Below, piece after piece: positions 38,478 through 52,078 of a DNA stretch of 63,459 bases (positions within the stretch are counted from its first letter, which is position 1; the number at the start of each line of letters is the position of its first letter). Under the pieces are notes generated by a model. It worked only from the letters and a program-made list of their open reading frames with translations, was not told where the DNA came from and ran no database searches. The DNA lies in assembly GCF_001194135.2 (NCBI RefSeq), contig NC_068988.1, positions 81,080,219 through 81,143,677 on the forward strand, in the 5' to 3' direction. This stretch comes from Octopus bimaculoides (lineage: Eukaryota). The position numbers and the translations under genes are program-made.

Positions 38478-39074
38478 TAGCAGCTAAGCCCGGTTTCACC
38501 TGGTCGGTTTGGATGATGTAGCTGTAAAACCTGCTCTGTGTAAGCATTTAACTTGTTTGGGCATGCTTACATTAAAAAAGCAATTTTAGAATGACTTTTT
38601 CCTGTCAAAACGCTAAAGATAACTGACCAACAAAAAAAGAAACCAACCAAGATTCAACCAAATCAAAGAATAAACCCAAATACTAAGCGAACAAAGATGA
38701 ACCATCCCACTTCCATTGTGTGCGCACACACACACACATTCACATTCACATACCCCCTTTTACATAGACACACATATATTCACACAGAGTTGAAATGCTG
38801 TTTGATTTATTTTTTTCAGTGTACAATTTTCATCATCCCAAGTATGACATCACCCATTCCTTCCTTATTCATCTATCTCCCTTTCCTTTCTCATTCGTAA
38901 ACACAAGAGTATTATTATTATAGTAGATTATCTCGGTAACCATGGGAGCTATAAAAAATACAAAGCCCAGCATCACCACCGGATCATTCTACACATCTGT
39001 GTAATTTTTCGCACTATTCCACCCAGACGTTTGACTGTAAATCCCAAGTTAAGAAAGAATCGCCCATGTCAAAT

Positions 39075-39125
<51 letters not shown>
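38477..39125 (-). mobile_element. Non-autonomous Helitron-like element
   Basis: Minus-strand 3' end: hairpin CCAGG-tgaaa-CCGGG, 8 nt, then CTAG followed by T. Minus-strand 5' end: TC-TATATATA. No TSD. Confidence 0.6.
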
Positions 39126-39126
<1 letters not shown>

Positions 39127-39592
39127 TAACGAAAAGGGAGGAATTTTGATTATTCCCACATGGTGAGTTGTAATGCAAATATATATATATAAAATAAATG
39201 AAGGAAAATGCACACACTTTACATAGTTTTAATATATTTTACATTGTGTTTGTTGACTGGTTTTGCTTTCACTAATCATGACATTGGAATTATTGTAATT
39301 TTGTATTTTCTTAAAAAGATTTTAGTGCATGTTATGTGTGGAGAAGTTTGTGAATGAATGAATGAATGAAGAATGTAAGGAGAGGTAATTGATGATCGTT
39401 ATTATTTGGGACAGGGGAGGTAATTGCTCATCTTTTGGGGGTGGGGCTGAATAAATATATATACACAAAAACTCAAAACCTAAAGTAGTGAGATGAAATA
39501 TGTACAGTGATGGGTATGTGATCATGAATTAAAATATGTACTGAGATCAAAGTTGGTTATGCATTCATATTTAGATGTGTTCTGTATTCTTT

Positions 39593-39628
<36 letters not shown>

Positions 39629-39970
39629 ACTCACATTATATGGCTGATATTTTCAACCAAGACATTACAACTGTATTTGATTTTTCAAGTGCTTCAATTC
39701 TGTGTATGTACATATATTCACTCAACTGTCGACATATATCAGTGGTTTCTCTCATTGTTTTGATAATGCCATTTTATATCATTAATAAAATGTCATCATT
39801 TTTGGCAACACAGTATATATATATATATATATATATATATNNNNNNNNNNNNNNNNNNNNNNNNNNNNNNNNNNNNNNNNNNNNNNNNNNNNNNNNNNNN
39901 NNNNNNNNNNNNNNNNNNNNNNNNNNNNNNNNNNNNNNNNTATATATATATATATAAATATATTAGTAAT

Positions 39971-40510
39971 AAAACATTGATCAGAGAAAAAACATCAAAT
40001 TCGAGTCAATGACTCTATATATAACACCACGCCTCCAAACATTTGATCATATATAAATATTACCATGGCTGAGATGCACTTTAAATCATAATCGAACAGT
40101 GTCAATAAACTCCTGAAATGGCCATAGATGTGTTTGACTTGATTTTGTGGAAATCTTTTTGCTCCTAGACTCCAACCTACCATGGTTTTTATGATATGAA
40201 CTCCTCTGATATACTTTTTCGTTTGAGGGGAGTAAGAAAATAATTTTTATAGTCAATTGATATTTTATTTTACTTAGATTTTTAGTCGCATGACATGCTT
40301 TAGAATTTTTAGTCGATTGTACAAACCTTCTTGATAGGCCGTTCTGTATATCTGTATTTTTATTCGCATATATATTTTTTACCTTCTGTGTATACTTTAT
40401 ATGTTGAAAGGCCATGGTAATATTTATATATGATCAAATATTTGGAGGCGTGGTGTTATATATATAAAGTCGTTGACTCGAATTTGATGTTTGTTCTCTG
40501 ATCAATGTTT
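39971..40510. mobile_element. Non-autonomous DNA element with ~100-bp TIRs (Mutator/fold-back-like)
   Basis: 39971-40069 is the reverse complement of 40411-40510 with few mismatches; no clear TSD. Confidence 0.85.
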
Positions 40511-40683
40511 TTTTTTTTTTTATATCTGTCTCAATTACATTTGAGCTCTTTTTTTTTTTGCAGTTTTATAAACCCTTTCATTACCATAAAAAGAGGCAAA
40601 ATTATTTCTTGTCATATATATATAAATATATATGTGTGTGTGTGTGTGTATCTATATATATGCATGTATATATATATATATGC

Positions 40684-40727
<44 letters not shown>

Positions 40728-40939
40728 AACGGTTGTTAGAATGTCGGAAAATATGCTTTGCGGTATTTTTTCTATTTTGACAGTTTGAGTTCAAATCTCA
40801 CAGAATCAAGTTTGCTTTTCTTCCTTCTAGGGTCGATAAAGTAAACTACCAGTCATTGCACTGAGGCTGATAAAATTGATCAACTTCCCCCCGTCAAAAT
40901 TGCTTACCTTGTAGTCAAATTAGAGGTATACCTACACAA

Positions 40940-41560
40940 TTGTGCCTCACCCAAACTGGATATTTTTCAATGAAATGTTTTAGAAATAAATTTCAGATGA
41001 TGCAGATTCTGAGTATATTGCAATTTGTTATAAAAGTATTTTTACAAGGTCAGGGAGATGAGTTTCTGAAAATTTGTAAATGTTGGCTTGCTTTCTCATA
41101 ACTTTCAGAAAAGTAGTTATTTTCCAATTAAATGTTTACAAATAACTCTCAGATGGTGTAGATTACGATTATATCAGAATTTAACATGAGAAAAGGAAAA
41201 AAAAAAAAAAATTAGTGTGTTGGCACACGCCAATTTTTGGGGAAATTTCAGGTTTCATTTTGTGATGTGAATCAGTGTGTATGTGTGCATGCCCACCAGG
41301 TTTTTTTTTTTTAAAATATTAAATTCAGATATAATCATAATATACACCATCTGAAAGGTAATTACAGAAAATTTCATTAAAAATTATCCATTTTTTGGAA
41401 CGTTATGAAGAAACAAAGTCAACTCGTGTGAATTTTCCGAAACTCTTCTCCCCATCCTCGGAAAAAACACTTTTTCACATTGAGTTCCAATATAATCTGA
41501 ATCTATCCCACCTGAAGCATATTTGTAGAAAATTTCATTAAGCAATATCCATTTTTCTGT
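40940..41560. repeat. Nested imperfect palindrome built from ~100-bp subrepeats
   Basis: 40950-41020 mirrors 41487-41550 and 41110-41190 mirrors 41320-41400. The unit ATTT..TGAAAT.TTT...TAA.T.TCAGATG.TG.AGATT occurs four times. Confidence 0.7.
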
Positions 41561-41945
41561 AAGTCACGAGGAAACATTTAATTACGAGCACACACATGTC
41601 AGATTAGAAGTTATTTGCTATTTATATCAGAGGTGTTTTCCACAGCTGGTTATTTGAAAGTGATGGTATTCCCCCAAAGCTATTTATTCTGTATATCAGA
41701 GGTAATTCCTGAACTCAAGGTATTTCTTTTAAATCAGTGACAACAAATCATTATTATACCTGTTTCGTGTAGGGCCGGCCTGCTTTCAGGTGAATTTTGT
41801 AAGTGCTTTTTTCTATTGATAATTTAATTTCTACCTTCTTACTAATACTAACTACATTATATAAACAATTATAATTGCTGGAGGTGGTAAGCAAAGAATA
41901 TAAATTTTCATGAGTAAAAAGCTTTTAAGAATATATATATATATA

Positions 41946-42022
<77 letters not shown>

Positions 42023-42416
42023 TATTAAACCTTGGGAGAGGCATTATGCCAGTAATAAACACACACACTGGTTCGGTCCTTTATTTAGTTATAAACAGTA
42101 TTTAGTTTTTTTTTTGTTTTTTGTTAAATCATTTCATTGCAATCTCTTCAGTAACCCGTCTCTCCATTTCCATTTATTTTGAATGTATGATTCAGCGTTG
42201 TTTTGAAATTGTCCGGTATGAGCATGTGAGTGTGTGCACACTCGCATGTGTGCATGCTTATATGTAAGCATGTGCGTCCATATGTGTGTTTGTTAAATTT
42301 CATTCATATCAGATAAGATAGAGACTTTGGACTTGGTTTTGGTTTTCTCTGTTATTTTCTGTTTTCTTCGTAAATGCATCCTTTCATTTTCACATTCAAT
42401 GTTCTGTAATTTATGT

Positions 42417-44121
42417 GTGAACAAAATTATCTACGTGTAATTTGCTATTCAAAATTGGTCGTGTTTCAGTTATGAGGACCGACTCTTGTATTTGCTGTAA
42501 CGATGTGTCATTGGGGTGTCTAGACAGGATTTCTATGCTAATCTGGTCCAGTACACCACCATGTTGTTCTTTGGCATGCTGGTAGAGCACTGAGGTTTGT
42601 TCGTGGTTCTTGTAGTCCCTCCAATGTTCATTTACACACTCAAAATTCTCGCCGTCTTTCCGTTTTTACAATCACCATCCATACAGCTTATTCTGTAAAC
42701 CACATTTCTGGTTTTGCAGTTGATACCAGGACTATATTTGCACACAATGCAATTCTCTTCTACACACCTTGTCCTTCTGAAGGGGTATGTTTTGCATATT
42801 ATCGATCTAATGGATCTCCTTGGTTTTTCTATGACATTTATCTTCAACTTAGTACTTTTGAGGATTTTTCTGAATCTACGGGCCAGTTGTCCGTGTGGTG
42901 TGGCATCTATAAACATTACTCCTTGGAACCTGTTGGTATTGTACCACGTGTTCTTTCTGTTTGTTTTGTCACTAATTCTTTGTAGTCGATTCCACTGTTT
43001 ATTACGGTACCTAGGTTGTGTTCCATCTGTATCTTTGACAACAATCTCTTCAAATTTCTTGCTAGCTCCTTTGTACACTCGGATCCTATCTTTCTGGCTG
43101 TATCCCGAAAACTGCATGCGATGCATGAAGTCTTGTGTATGTCTTTGTCTCTCCCAGGGACTGCACAGGGGTGGGGGGATATGTTTCTCATTATTCTGAC
43201 TAAATCGGCTATTAATATATTAATTTTCACACTGTGTGATAGAGCTGAATTATTATGAATAACATACTTTGAAGATATAGGTTTCATATAATATGAGTGG
43301 AGGATTTGAACTTTGTCATTAATTGTTTCTAGCCAAAGTTCTGTGTCAAGTACCGGGAGTCTCTTGTTTAGGTGTCTTGTTGGGTAATCTATTGTTACCT
43401 TGATGCTCTGGTGTATTGCATTAGCTATATTCTGGATGTTTTCCATCACGATCTTCTCATTCTCTTCAGTCTGAATGTTTGATGGTGTTTTGACTCCGAT
43501 GTTAATGTCATCCACATATCTCCCGTACAGTTTGATTGTTATTGAGTGCTCCTCGAGAGTTTCTCTCAGCTTTTTGTCCCACCAGGTCATGAATAGGCTC
43601 GCTACGTCCCTGGATACACTGACACCAATAGCCGCTCCTTGGACCTGCATGTATGGATTTTCATTGAATTTAATTATATGGTTCTGCAGGGTGGTCTTCA
43701 GACTTGCACCTACAGCATGTGCAACCATTTTTCGTGTTTGGATATTATCCTCTGGGTCGTGGGTGGGTGTATTCCATCCATTCCAATGCTCTGCGGTGGT
43801 TTTTCTAGCAGCTGATGTGATCGTAGGTGGTCTACCCCGTCCTGACCTAGTGGGGCAGAATCTAGTTAGGTCGTGGTGATCTAAGTATTCATTATTATAA
43901 ACAAGCTTTAGGAGGAGGCCTAGTTCCCTTGTGTTCACTTCACGGAAGGTTACTTCACTTTCCAAAATAATTTCCACACATCTCTCTACGGCAAAGTCAA
44001 TGTCAATGGATGGATAGAGAGATACTACATCCATACTGCCTATAATACAACCTGTCAGGTCATGGGAGCAGTTACATTCATTGACTCTGCTGAGGAAGTC
44101 CTCTGTGTTTTCATGTATCAT
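42417..44121 (-). mobile_element. Penelope-like retroelement: RT, Cys-rich linker and GIY-YIG endonuclease; 5'-truncated, two frameshifts
   Basis: RT motifs IIGSMDVVSLYPSID, QVQGAAIG, RYVDDI, LPVLD; thumb YMKP..S..VIH..SAL; RMQFSGY; CVEENCIVC..C..NVVYRISC; EH..S.L.QH..EQH; QIQESVLI...P.LNSK. Confidence 0.93.
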
Positions 44122-44491
44122 CTTACTGTTTCTTTAGTCTCTTTGTTGATTGTATGTTTTTAATTATTTTTAAAAATGTTATATTAATATATTTGCATGT
44201 GTTTACTTTATGCATATTTCAGTATGATGTATACCTGTCATGTATTTGTGTACATCATTAATATATAAGTGCATGTGGATGTATATATTCATATATAAGT
44301 TTATATGTACATTTATGCATTCATGTGACTCATCCAAAGTTGAGTAATGTTTTCATGCTTGGATTTGTAAACCTTGATAAGAATAGCTGGTCAACAAAGA
44401 ACTTGTCTCAAAAGCACAGAAAAATATGCAATATGCTAACACACAGAAAAATTAAAAGAAAATACGTGGGTGAAAAAATCTCGTGGTGTGA

Positions 44492-44955
44492 AGAATCATC
44501 ATCATCATCGTTTAACGTCCGCTTTCCATGCTGGCATGGGTTGGATGATTTGACTGAGGACTGGCAAGCCAGAAGGCTGCACCAGGCTCCAATATGATCT
44601 GGCAGAGTTTCTACAGCTGGATGCCCTTCCTAACGCCAACCACTCCGAGAGTGTAGTGGGTGCAACGTACCACCAGCACAAGTGCTGGAAGGCGACGCTC
44701 ATAATGATTACACTCAAATGGTGCTATTTACGGGCCACTAGCACGGAAGCCAGACAGCTGCTCTGGCAATGAACACTCATGGACAGTGCTGTTAGTGCTC
44801 TACTGGCACAGGTGCCAGTCATCGGATATGGTTCAATTTCGATTTCGATTTCACTTGCCCCGACATGACTTCGCAAGCAGAGTTTAGTGTCCAAAGAAGG
44901 AGAGGTTGGCATGGGTGCCAGTTGTCGGATTCGGTTCAATTTTGATTGCGGCACA
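44492..44955 (-). mobile_element. RTE LINE 3' UTR copy
   Basis: Near-identical reverse complement of 15680-16205 (ORFs 44724..44963 and 15683..15871 translate alike), with a (GAT)n tail. Confidence 0.92.
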
Positions 44956-45408
44956 GACAACACTGGTTGTCATGGTAACAAGCTGCTAATGCCACACTAT
45001 CAGTTGATTGGATAAAATTACCCAAATTTCCCAACTTTAATTCCAAATAACATCAGATTTATAAGGGAAAGGAAAGGTTCATGATACCGGTAGAGTATCA
45101 CCTTCTCCCATTTTTTGTCTTACGGATCTGGATGGTGAAAGAAGAAACTCACGAGTGGATGGAATTCAATAATTGTTTATTGTGATTCCCGATCTTGTGT
45201 CCCGTTCTAGGTGTCCATCTTCATGGCAGCGCATGGCTTGTGGCATCTCCACTCACGGGAGGTACATTACCTCTGGAGAATATCATATGTGGTTAGAGTC
45301 CACTGTAGCTGCCTGCTTCGTAGTATCCCTCAGCGTAAGCCAGCTGGAGAAGACTAAGAGGTTGAACACCTTTCGTACCTGCTTAAATAGCTGTTGTCAA
45401 GGAGAGCC

Positions 45409-47720
45409 TCATTGTGGTGTAGCTATCCTTGGCCATTTAATAAAATTATGAAGAATATTAACGGTGTCGAAGAATGTAGCTAACTCCAGAATCCACTTTA
45501 TTGTGTTAACCATGACAAGGTGCAACTGATGATTAAGACAATGAACATATGGTTTATGTTTTTTAAGTCGATTCTGAATTTTTCTTTGAATGCCATCTAT
45601 TTTGCCAGATATCATAGGAGCACCATCGTAGCATTGTGACAGCATATGCTTAGGAACAATGCCAAGGTAGGTTCATCCCTCAATTAACAAGTCAGCCAAT
45701 GTTACAGTATCATAATGTTGAGCAGTTGGCATTACAACTAAGTTTTCCAGAAACCTGCCATTTTTTCAAGTACTTAAAAACAATCACAATATTTTCAATA
45801 TTACTCAAGTCATGCGTTTCATCACATTTCAGCGTAAAGTAAAGAACATCGGAACATTTTATTTCATCGACAACAAGGCTGACATTGTATCTCCTCAGTG
45901 ATTTCATTTTGCATTGCTGCTGAAGTATAGGTCGTTTGTTTGTTTTTTTAATCATGCTGTAGCATTCCATTAGCTTTGAATCTTTCTCTAATGTTTATTG
46001 GAATAATTTCATAAAACAACTACAAAGCTGTGTCTCACCTTCCGAATAAAGATCTTCAAAAGCTTCATTTTCGTTTCCTCAACAAGGCAATTCATTTGCA
46101 CAAAGAAATGCACAATATCAACAATTGAATTGATATAGTAATGGTTTTTACTCAATTGATCATTTTAAAAAATTGAAGATACGAATGTTACGGATAAATG
46201 CTTGTTGTGTACACTCGAGTGAAATTCCCTTTTCCCCTTTATTTTATATATGTGCATTCGAATGTAGCTGGTAACAGTTAGCCTTTGGCCACTATTTAAA
46301 TACCATTGTGTCCACTACTCTGATTGGTTGGTATTGGCACAATTTGCCTCTTACTCAATTGTGCCAACTGCCGAGTATAACCAATCAGAGAGCCTAAATA
46401 CGATCACGTGAGACAGCCTGTTCTCAACCCAGTTTTTGAGCCTACAGCTCCTTATAATAACTCATCTACTCCTAGTTTCAAGGTCTTTTGGTTCCAGACC
46501 TTTTAAGGTCTAGCCACTGACCACACAAGACACAGCCAGTTACAGCTACAACACCACAGCAGCCATGTTGAGATTCACCAACTTCGTCCAACAGCATTAC
46601 AGCAACCTCTGTCTTCATTGCCTCCATCATATCATGTTCTCAACGTTGTCAACATCATCTCTCTTTGTACACAGCTCAGCTAGCATTTCACCCAGGTTCC
46701 AACACTTCGCTGTTCATGAATTACTTCATGGATCAACAGCGAATATACAACCTGCATGAACTCCTGTATCAAGTGACCCAGGTAGCAGTATCATAGCTAT
46801 GACTTCATGTTTGACATGTACCTGCAACCAGCTCAGCATCATGGCCGCAACTTCTTGATACTGTATTTCAACTACTGTGTACTAATGACTATGAACTGGT
46901 ATAATTTATCTTACTTGTGTCTATGAACTTACCTCTCATTTTGATGGCTATAAACACTTTCACTGTCTCCTTCTGCATTGCCATCCTTATATGTACTTAA
47001 CACATATGCATACATCTATGCTCACATGCACATATACATCTATGTTCTCATGACGGTCTGTCTATTATTCTGTATACATGACACACACACAGACACACGT
47101 TTACATGTCAATAAATCTTCTCTTAATCATTCTACGTGGTTGTGTCTCCTTTTTCTCTCTGGCACTTATAAGTACCATTCAATTTATATATTTATTGCAA
47201 GGGCCAATTCTCATCTAGCATCACACGGTCCCTTACACGCTGTTGGCGTTCCTTCCATTTTACTATAGCTTGGATATGGGCTGCAGAGTTTGCATGATTA
47301 TTCAAACCTTTTGCATGATGCCATTTAAAATACCCATCTTTAATAAAGCAAGTATCTGCTTGAGCAGAAGTGCTAAAGTGCTGACAAGGAAAACAAAACA
47401 AGAATTTCTTTGGAAGTGAATACTCTAACCATGGACGACCGGAATACCAGCTTGATGAGAAGTCACGTTTCTGATTTCCATAAATCTTTGGATCAAAGTT
47501 TGCTAGAACTGGCTGCACTGGTTGGCAGTTGACCTGTCCTAGATCATACAATGAGGGTGTCAAAGACTCTGCAAAACTAATACTACCTTCCTTGCGCTGC
47601 GAAACTTCTTTGTTTGCAATTCTCTTCTGTTTAGCTTTTGATGAATCAGATTCGAAATTCAGCGATGATTGCTTCAGTTCTCTTCTTCAGCATCAGTTCA
47701 TTATTATACCAACACTCCGT
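45409..47720 (-). mobile_element. hAT transposase relic (TTF-type zinc finger plus DUF4371; ZMYM1-like), split by an insertion
   Basis: RDFSSSWYSGRPWLEYS....FCFPC..F..KW..L..H..S.AH..A..W (ZnF_TTF); FLCANELP.GNE; KCDETHDLSNIE; QCYDGAPMISG..G.Q; YVHCLNHQLHL. Confidence 0.9.
46186..47237 (+). mobile_element. Probable solo LTR inserted in the hAT ORF
   Basis: 1052 bp, TGTTACGG...CCCTTACA ends, TATTTAAA, paired CCAAT boxes, CACGTG, and AATAAA ~125 bp before the end. The hAT reading continues on both sides. The TSD is poor (CGAA vs CGCT). Confidence 0.55.
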
Positions 47721-48328
47721 AGTACACTGACCTAAAGGTATTCTTCGTTGAGGCAGCCTACACTAATGTCAGTTGAGTAAAAATGATTTAATCAACACTT
47801 TATACTGATTTATATATATGTAATGACAGGGCGAATCATTTGTGACGTAAGAAACCAAGTTTTATAAATTTATAAATTTTAGAGTCAGTACTCTGGTTCT
47901 ATATTCGGGTCCGTCACCAAACTTTGATGCTTAGGGTGGCTTCAAAACAATCTGTTATAATTTATTGATAATAATAATAATATCTTTTATTGTGTCTGGG
48001 GAGAGTTATTCACTTTTAGTGCCTTATTACTTAACACACTCACCAGTTTGACTTCCACTCATTTATTTATTTTTTCTAAAATTTTTGTTGCGTCTTGTAA
48101 CCTTTTCAGTAGTCGTTGACTATTAGTGACTATTGAAAAGGTTGCAAGATGCAACGAAAAGTTGAGAAAAAAATAAATAAATGAATGGAAATCGAACTGG
48201 TGTGTGTGTGTTAAGTAATGAGATACTAAAAGAGAATGACTCTCCCCAGACATAATAAAATATGCTTCAACACATGAATTCACATAAAGAATCTTGCAAA
48301 CCAAATATAAAAACGAAATAATATGTTT

Positions 48329-48364
<36 letters not shown>

Positions 48365-48367
48365 AAA

Positions 48368-48685
48368 CATGGCTCAGTGGTTAGAGCACAATCATGAGGT
48401 AGTGAGTTCAAGTCCTGGACTGGGCTGCGTGTTGAGTTCTTGAGCAAGACATTTTATTTCACATTGCTCCAGTTCACTCAGCTGTAGAAATGAGTCGCGA
48501 TGTCATTGGTGCCAAGCCATATCAGCCTTTGCCTTTCCCTTGGATAACATTGGTGGTGTGGAGAGGAGAGACCGGTATTCACGGGCAACTGTTGGTCTTC
48601 CATAAACAACCTTGCCTGGACTGGTGCCTCGGAGGGTAACTTTCTAGGTGCAATCCCATGGTCAGTCATGACTGAAGGGAGTCTC
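48368..48685 (+). mobile_element. SINE family B
   Basis: Colinear with 10100-10430. Confidence 0.85.
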
Positions 48686-48724
48686 AGCATATATATATAT
48701 ATATACACACACATATATATACAT

Positions 48725-48765
<41 letters not shown>

Positions 48766-49226
48766 CATAAATATATAGGGGTCAGCATGAGTTGCTTCAC
48801 CAACNNNNNNNNNNNNNNNNNNNNNNNNNNNNNNNNNNNNNNNNNNNNNNNNNNNNNNNNNNNNNNNNNNNNNNNNNNNNNNNNNNNNNNNNNNNNNNNN
48901 NNNNNNNNNNNNNNNNNNNNNNNNNNNNNNNNNNNNNNNNNNNNNNNNNNNNNNNNNNNNNNNNNNNNNNNNNNNNNNNNNNNNNNNNNNNNNNNNNNNN
49001 NNNNNNNNNNNNNNNNNNNNNNNNNNNNNNNNNNNNNNNNNNNNNNNNNNNNNNNNNNNNNNNNNNNNNNNNNNNNNNNNNNNNNNNNNNNNNNNNNNNN
49101 NNNNNNNNNNNNNNNNNNNNNNNNNNNNNNNNNNNNNNNNNNNNNNNNNNNNNNNNNNNNNNNNNNNNNNNNNNNNNNNNNNNNNNNNNNNNNNNNNNNN
49201 NNNNNNNNNNNNNNNNNNNNNNNNNN

Positions 49227-49272
<46 letters not shown>

Positions 49273-50229
49273 GAATTAGAAGCAGCTCTAATAATGTAAA
49301 CATTACTAATATCACAAACTGAAACACTTATTGGCTGTGGAATTTCATCCTGGGAAATGTCCCTTTAAAATGTTGAGTGTCAAAAAGCACTGAATACCTC
49401 AAACCAGGTAAATGGATTATCCTGTAGATGAACAAAGATGGTGGATATCAATATTTCGCTGTTGTATTATCTATCTAACAGTTGTGAACTCCATGTTTAA
49501 TAGCCTTTCATAATACCACTTGTATGCCTCTTTCTTTTCAGAAGCACTAAATAAAAATATACTATTATCCATCTGTACACACTTCTCACACACAACATCT
49601 TAATTTTCTTTAATACACTGTCTTATAATCTGCAATACATCACACCTCTGATCCCCATATTGTAGAATAGTGGCTAATCTCCTTCTGCCTCCCATTTTAT
49701 TATTTAAATCTGTCGCCTAACTTCACTTCTAGCTACCTGGTATATTTCACTGCTACCCCCATTCTTCCAATCCTTCCAAACCTGTCTTTTCACTTTTATA
49801 GCCTTCTCTATTTCACTGATTCCACCACCATGTCGCTTTTAGTCTGGCTGGCACTTTGCATCAGCCACAGATTTGTTTTGTAACTTACGGTAGGTTTTGT
49901 CTCTTGGAATTTCCATATCTCTCTTTTCAGACTGGTTTGTTTCTCAGTCCTGTCCTTCTAGCTCTAAGTTTGAAACCACTGAGCAGTAAACTATACTGGA
50001 TTGTACCTTTTTTATCTGGGAAAGACTTTGCATTTATAAGTATCTGTTTGTCCCCTTTTCTAGTGAGAATGTAAGGAATCTGACTCGTATGCTCACCTGA
50101 CTTGTAATTGATCAGGTGGTTAGCAAGTTTCCTGAAGTTTCATTTACATTCTTCCTAACTAGAGAAAAGCTATTTCCACTAGGCATACCCTTACATCCAT
50201 TGGCGTGCTGTTGAACATCTGTGTATATA

Positions 50230-50645
50230 TACTCTTTTACTTGTTTCAGTCATTTAACTGTGGCCATGCTGGAGCACCGCCTTTTAGTTGAATAAATCAA
50301 CCCCAGGACTTATTCTTTGGAAGCCTAGCACGTATTCTATCAGTCTCTTTTTCCGAACTGCTAAGTTACGGGGACGTAAACACACCAGCATCGGTTGTCA
50401 AGCGATGTTGGGGGGGGGGAGGGGGCAAATACAGACACACAAAACATATACACACACATACATATATATATATACATATATACGACGGGCTTCTTTCAGT
50501 TTCCGTCTACCAAATCCACTCACAAGGCTTTGGTTGGCCCGAGGCTATAGTAGAAGACACTTGCCCAAGGTGCCACACAGTGGGACTGAACCCGGAACCA
50601 TGTGGTTGGTAAGCAAGCTACTTACCACACAGCCACTCCTATGCC
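50230..50645 (-). mobile_element. Full-length SINE family A
   Basis: Near-identical to 30866-31278. Confidence 0.92.
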
Positions 50646-51140
50646 TGTATTTATATATGTGTATTTAAATCATAAGTTACTGTCTAATTGTCTGTGGTGA
50701 TGAAGACAGGAATTCTATCACTAGCCATGATAAATAGGTGATTGTCATTCATCATTGAGGTCATCTGTACATGTATGTGAGTATATATCAGTGTATGTGT
50801 GTGTATATGTATGTGTGTGTCTGCATGTTTGTGTGCGTGTGTGTGTGTCCTTGTCTTGACATCATGTGATGGTTGTAAAGAAGTATCACCATCACACAAG
50901 CAATGTTGTTCTTTTCCTGTCTTTTGTAAAAAAAAGAAACATGTCTGGTTATGGGGAAATTTTACCTGGCTTGATAACAAAGGAAGGCTGGTGATAGGGA
51001 AGGCATTCTATATCTGCCTGTGAAAAATCTGCCTCAGCAAACTGTGTGTGTGTGTGTTTGTGTAACTGATGCAGAAGTAGAAAAGTAGGCATTAAAATGA
51101 TGATGACAACAATAACGGTGATGACGAAGATAATATATAT

Positions 51141-51284
51141 CAGTGGTTTGCAACCTTCTCACTACCAAAGACACCTTTTATTTAAATGAATTTTCTTATG
51201 GACCCTAGGATATTGAAAGGTCTGTTAGCTTAACTACCTTTGTGGACCATCAGAGGTCTGCAGACCACAGGTTGGGAACAACTG
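51141..51284. mobile_element. 144-bp hAT (Buster/Charlie-type) MITE
   Basis: TIRs CAGTGGTTTGCAACC / GGTTGGGAACAACTG; 8-bp TSD ATATATAT / ATATATGT. Confidence 0.85.
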
Positions 51285-51955
51285 ATATATGTCATCATCG
51301 ATAATTAACATCCATGTTCCATGCTGGCATAGATTGGACAGTTTGACAAAGAAGCAATGGATCAAAGGACTGCATCATGCTCCAGTATCTACTTTGGCAT
51401 GTTTTCTGTGGCTAGATGCATGCATGCATGTACACACACACACATGTACATGCGCGTGCACACACACACACACACACAAACAAACAAAAGTCAGGAGTTA
51501 TGAGAAGTGAATATATGTATTTAATCATTTGACATCCTTGAATTGTTGGTATAACTATGATGTTCTGGTGAGCTGTTGAGCTAGCTTTCTTTATTTGTAT
51601 TGATTTGTGAATATACAGTTGTACCGTATAATGGTGAGCATACATTTTAATGCAAACATATACACATAATTTCTTCCATACTGAAATTATTATTACATGT
51701 AGAATGCTGCAAAATGGTTGTAATCCTAAAGATGTCAAGTAGTAAAAGAAATATATTCACCTCTCATACCTCCTGACTATTTATGTCTTATATACTTCTC
51801 AGGAAATAGTTTCATCAATCAGATCTTCTGGATTTCAACTGTATAGTCCCTCTGCAACAAACTTCTCTGTATTGGACTATTATTACAGTTAGCCAAGTCC
51901 ATAAGAGGAACTTTCTGTGATAGCCATACAATTCCTTGAATCCATATCTTAAACT

Positions 51956-51990
<35 letters not shown>

Positions 51991-52078
51991 TAGAAAAGAC
52001 AACAAAAGAAAGAAAGAGACCTCGATATTATGTAAATAGAGGAATTTATCTGTAAAAATATGTGACACTTATTTGGTA

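Noticed and set aside
41750-41800. Minus-strand CTGAAA-GCAGG-ccggc-CCTAC-AC-GAAAC downstream of the Penelope ORF
   Set aside because: Possibly a decayed hammerhead of the element's terminus, but the core is broken and stem I does not pair.
42714-43879. Plus-strand ORFs of 161, 80 and 134 aa
   Set aside because: Antisense shadows of the Penelope-like ORF.
49850-50220. Possible second Penelope-like fragment on the minus strand
   Set aside because: Only faint residue patterns across several stops and frames; no catalytic motif.
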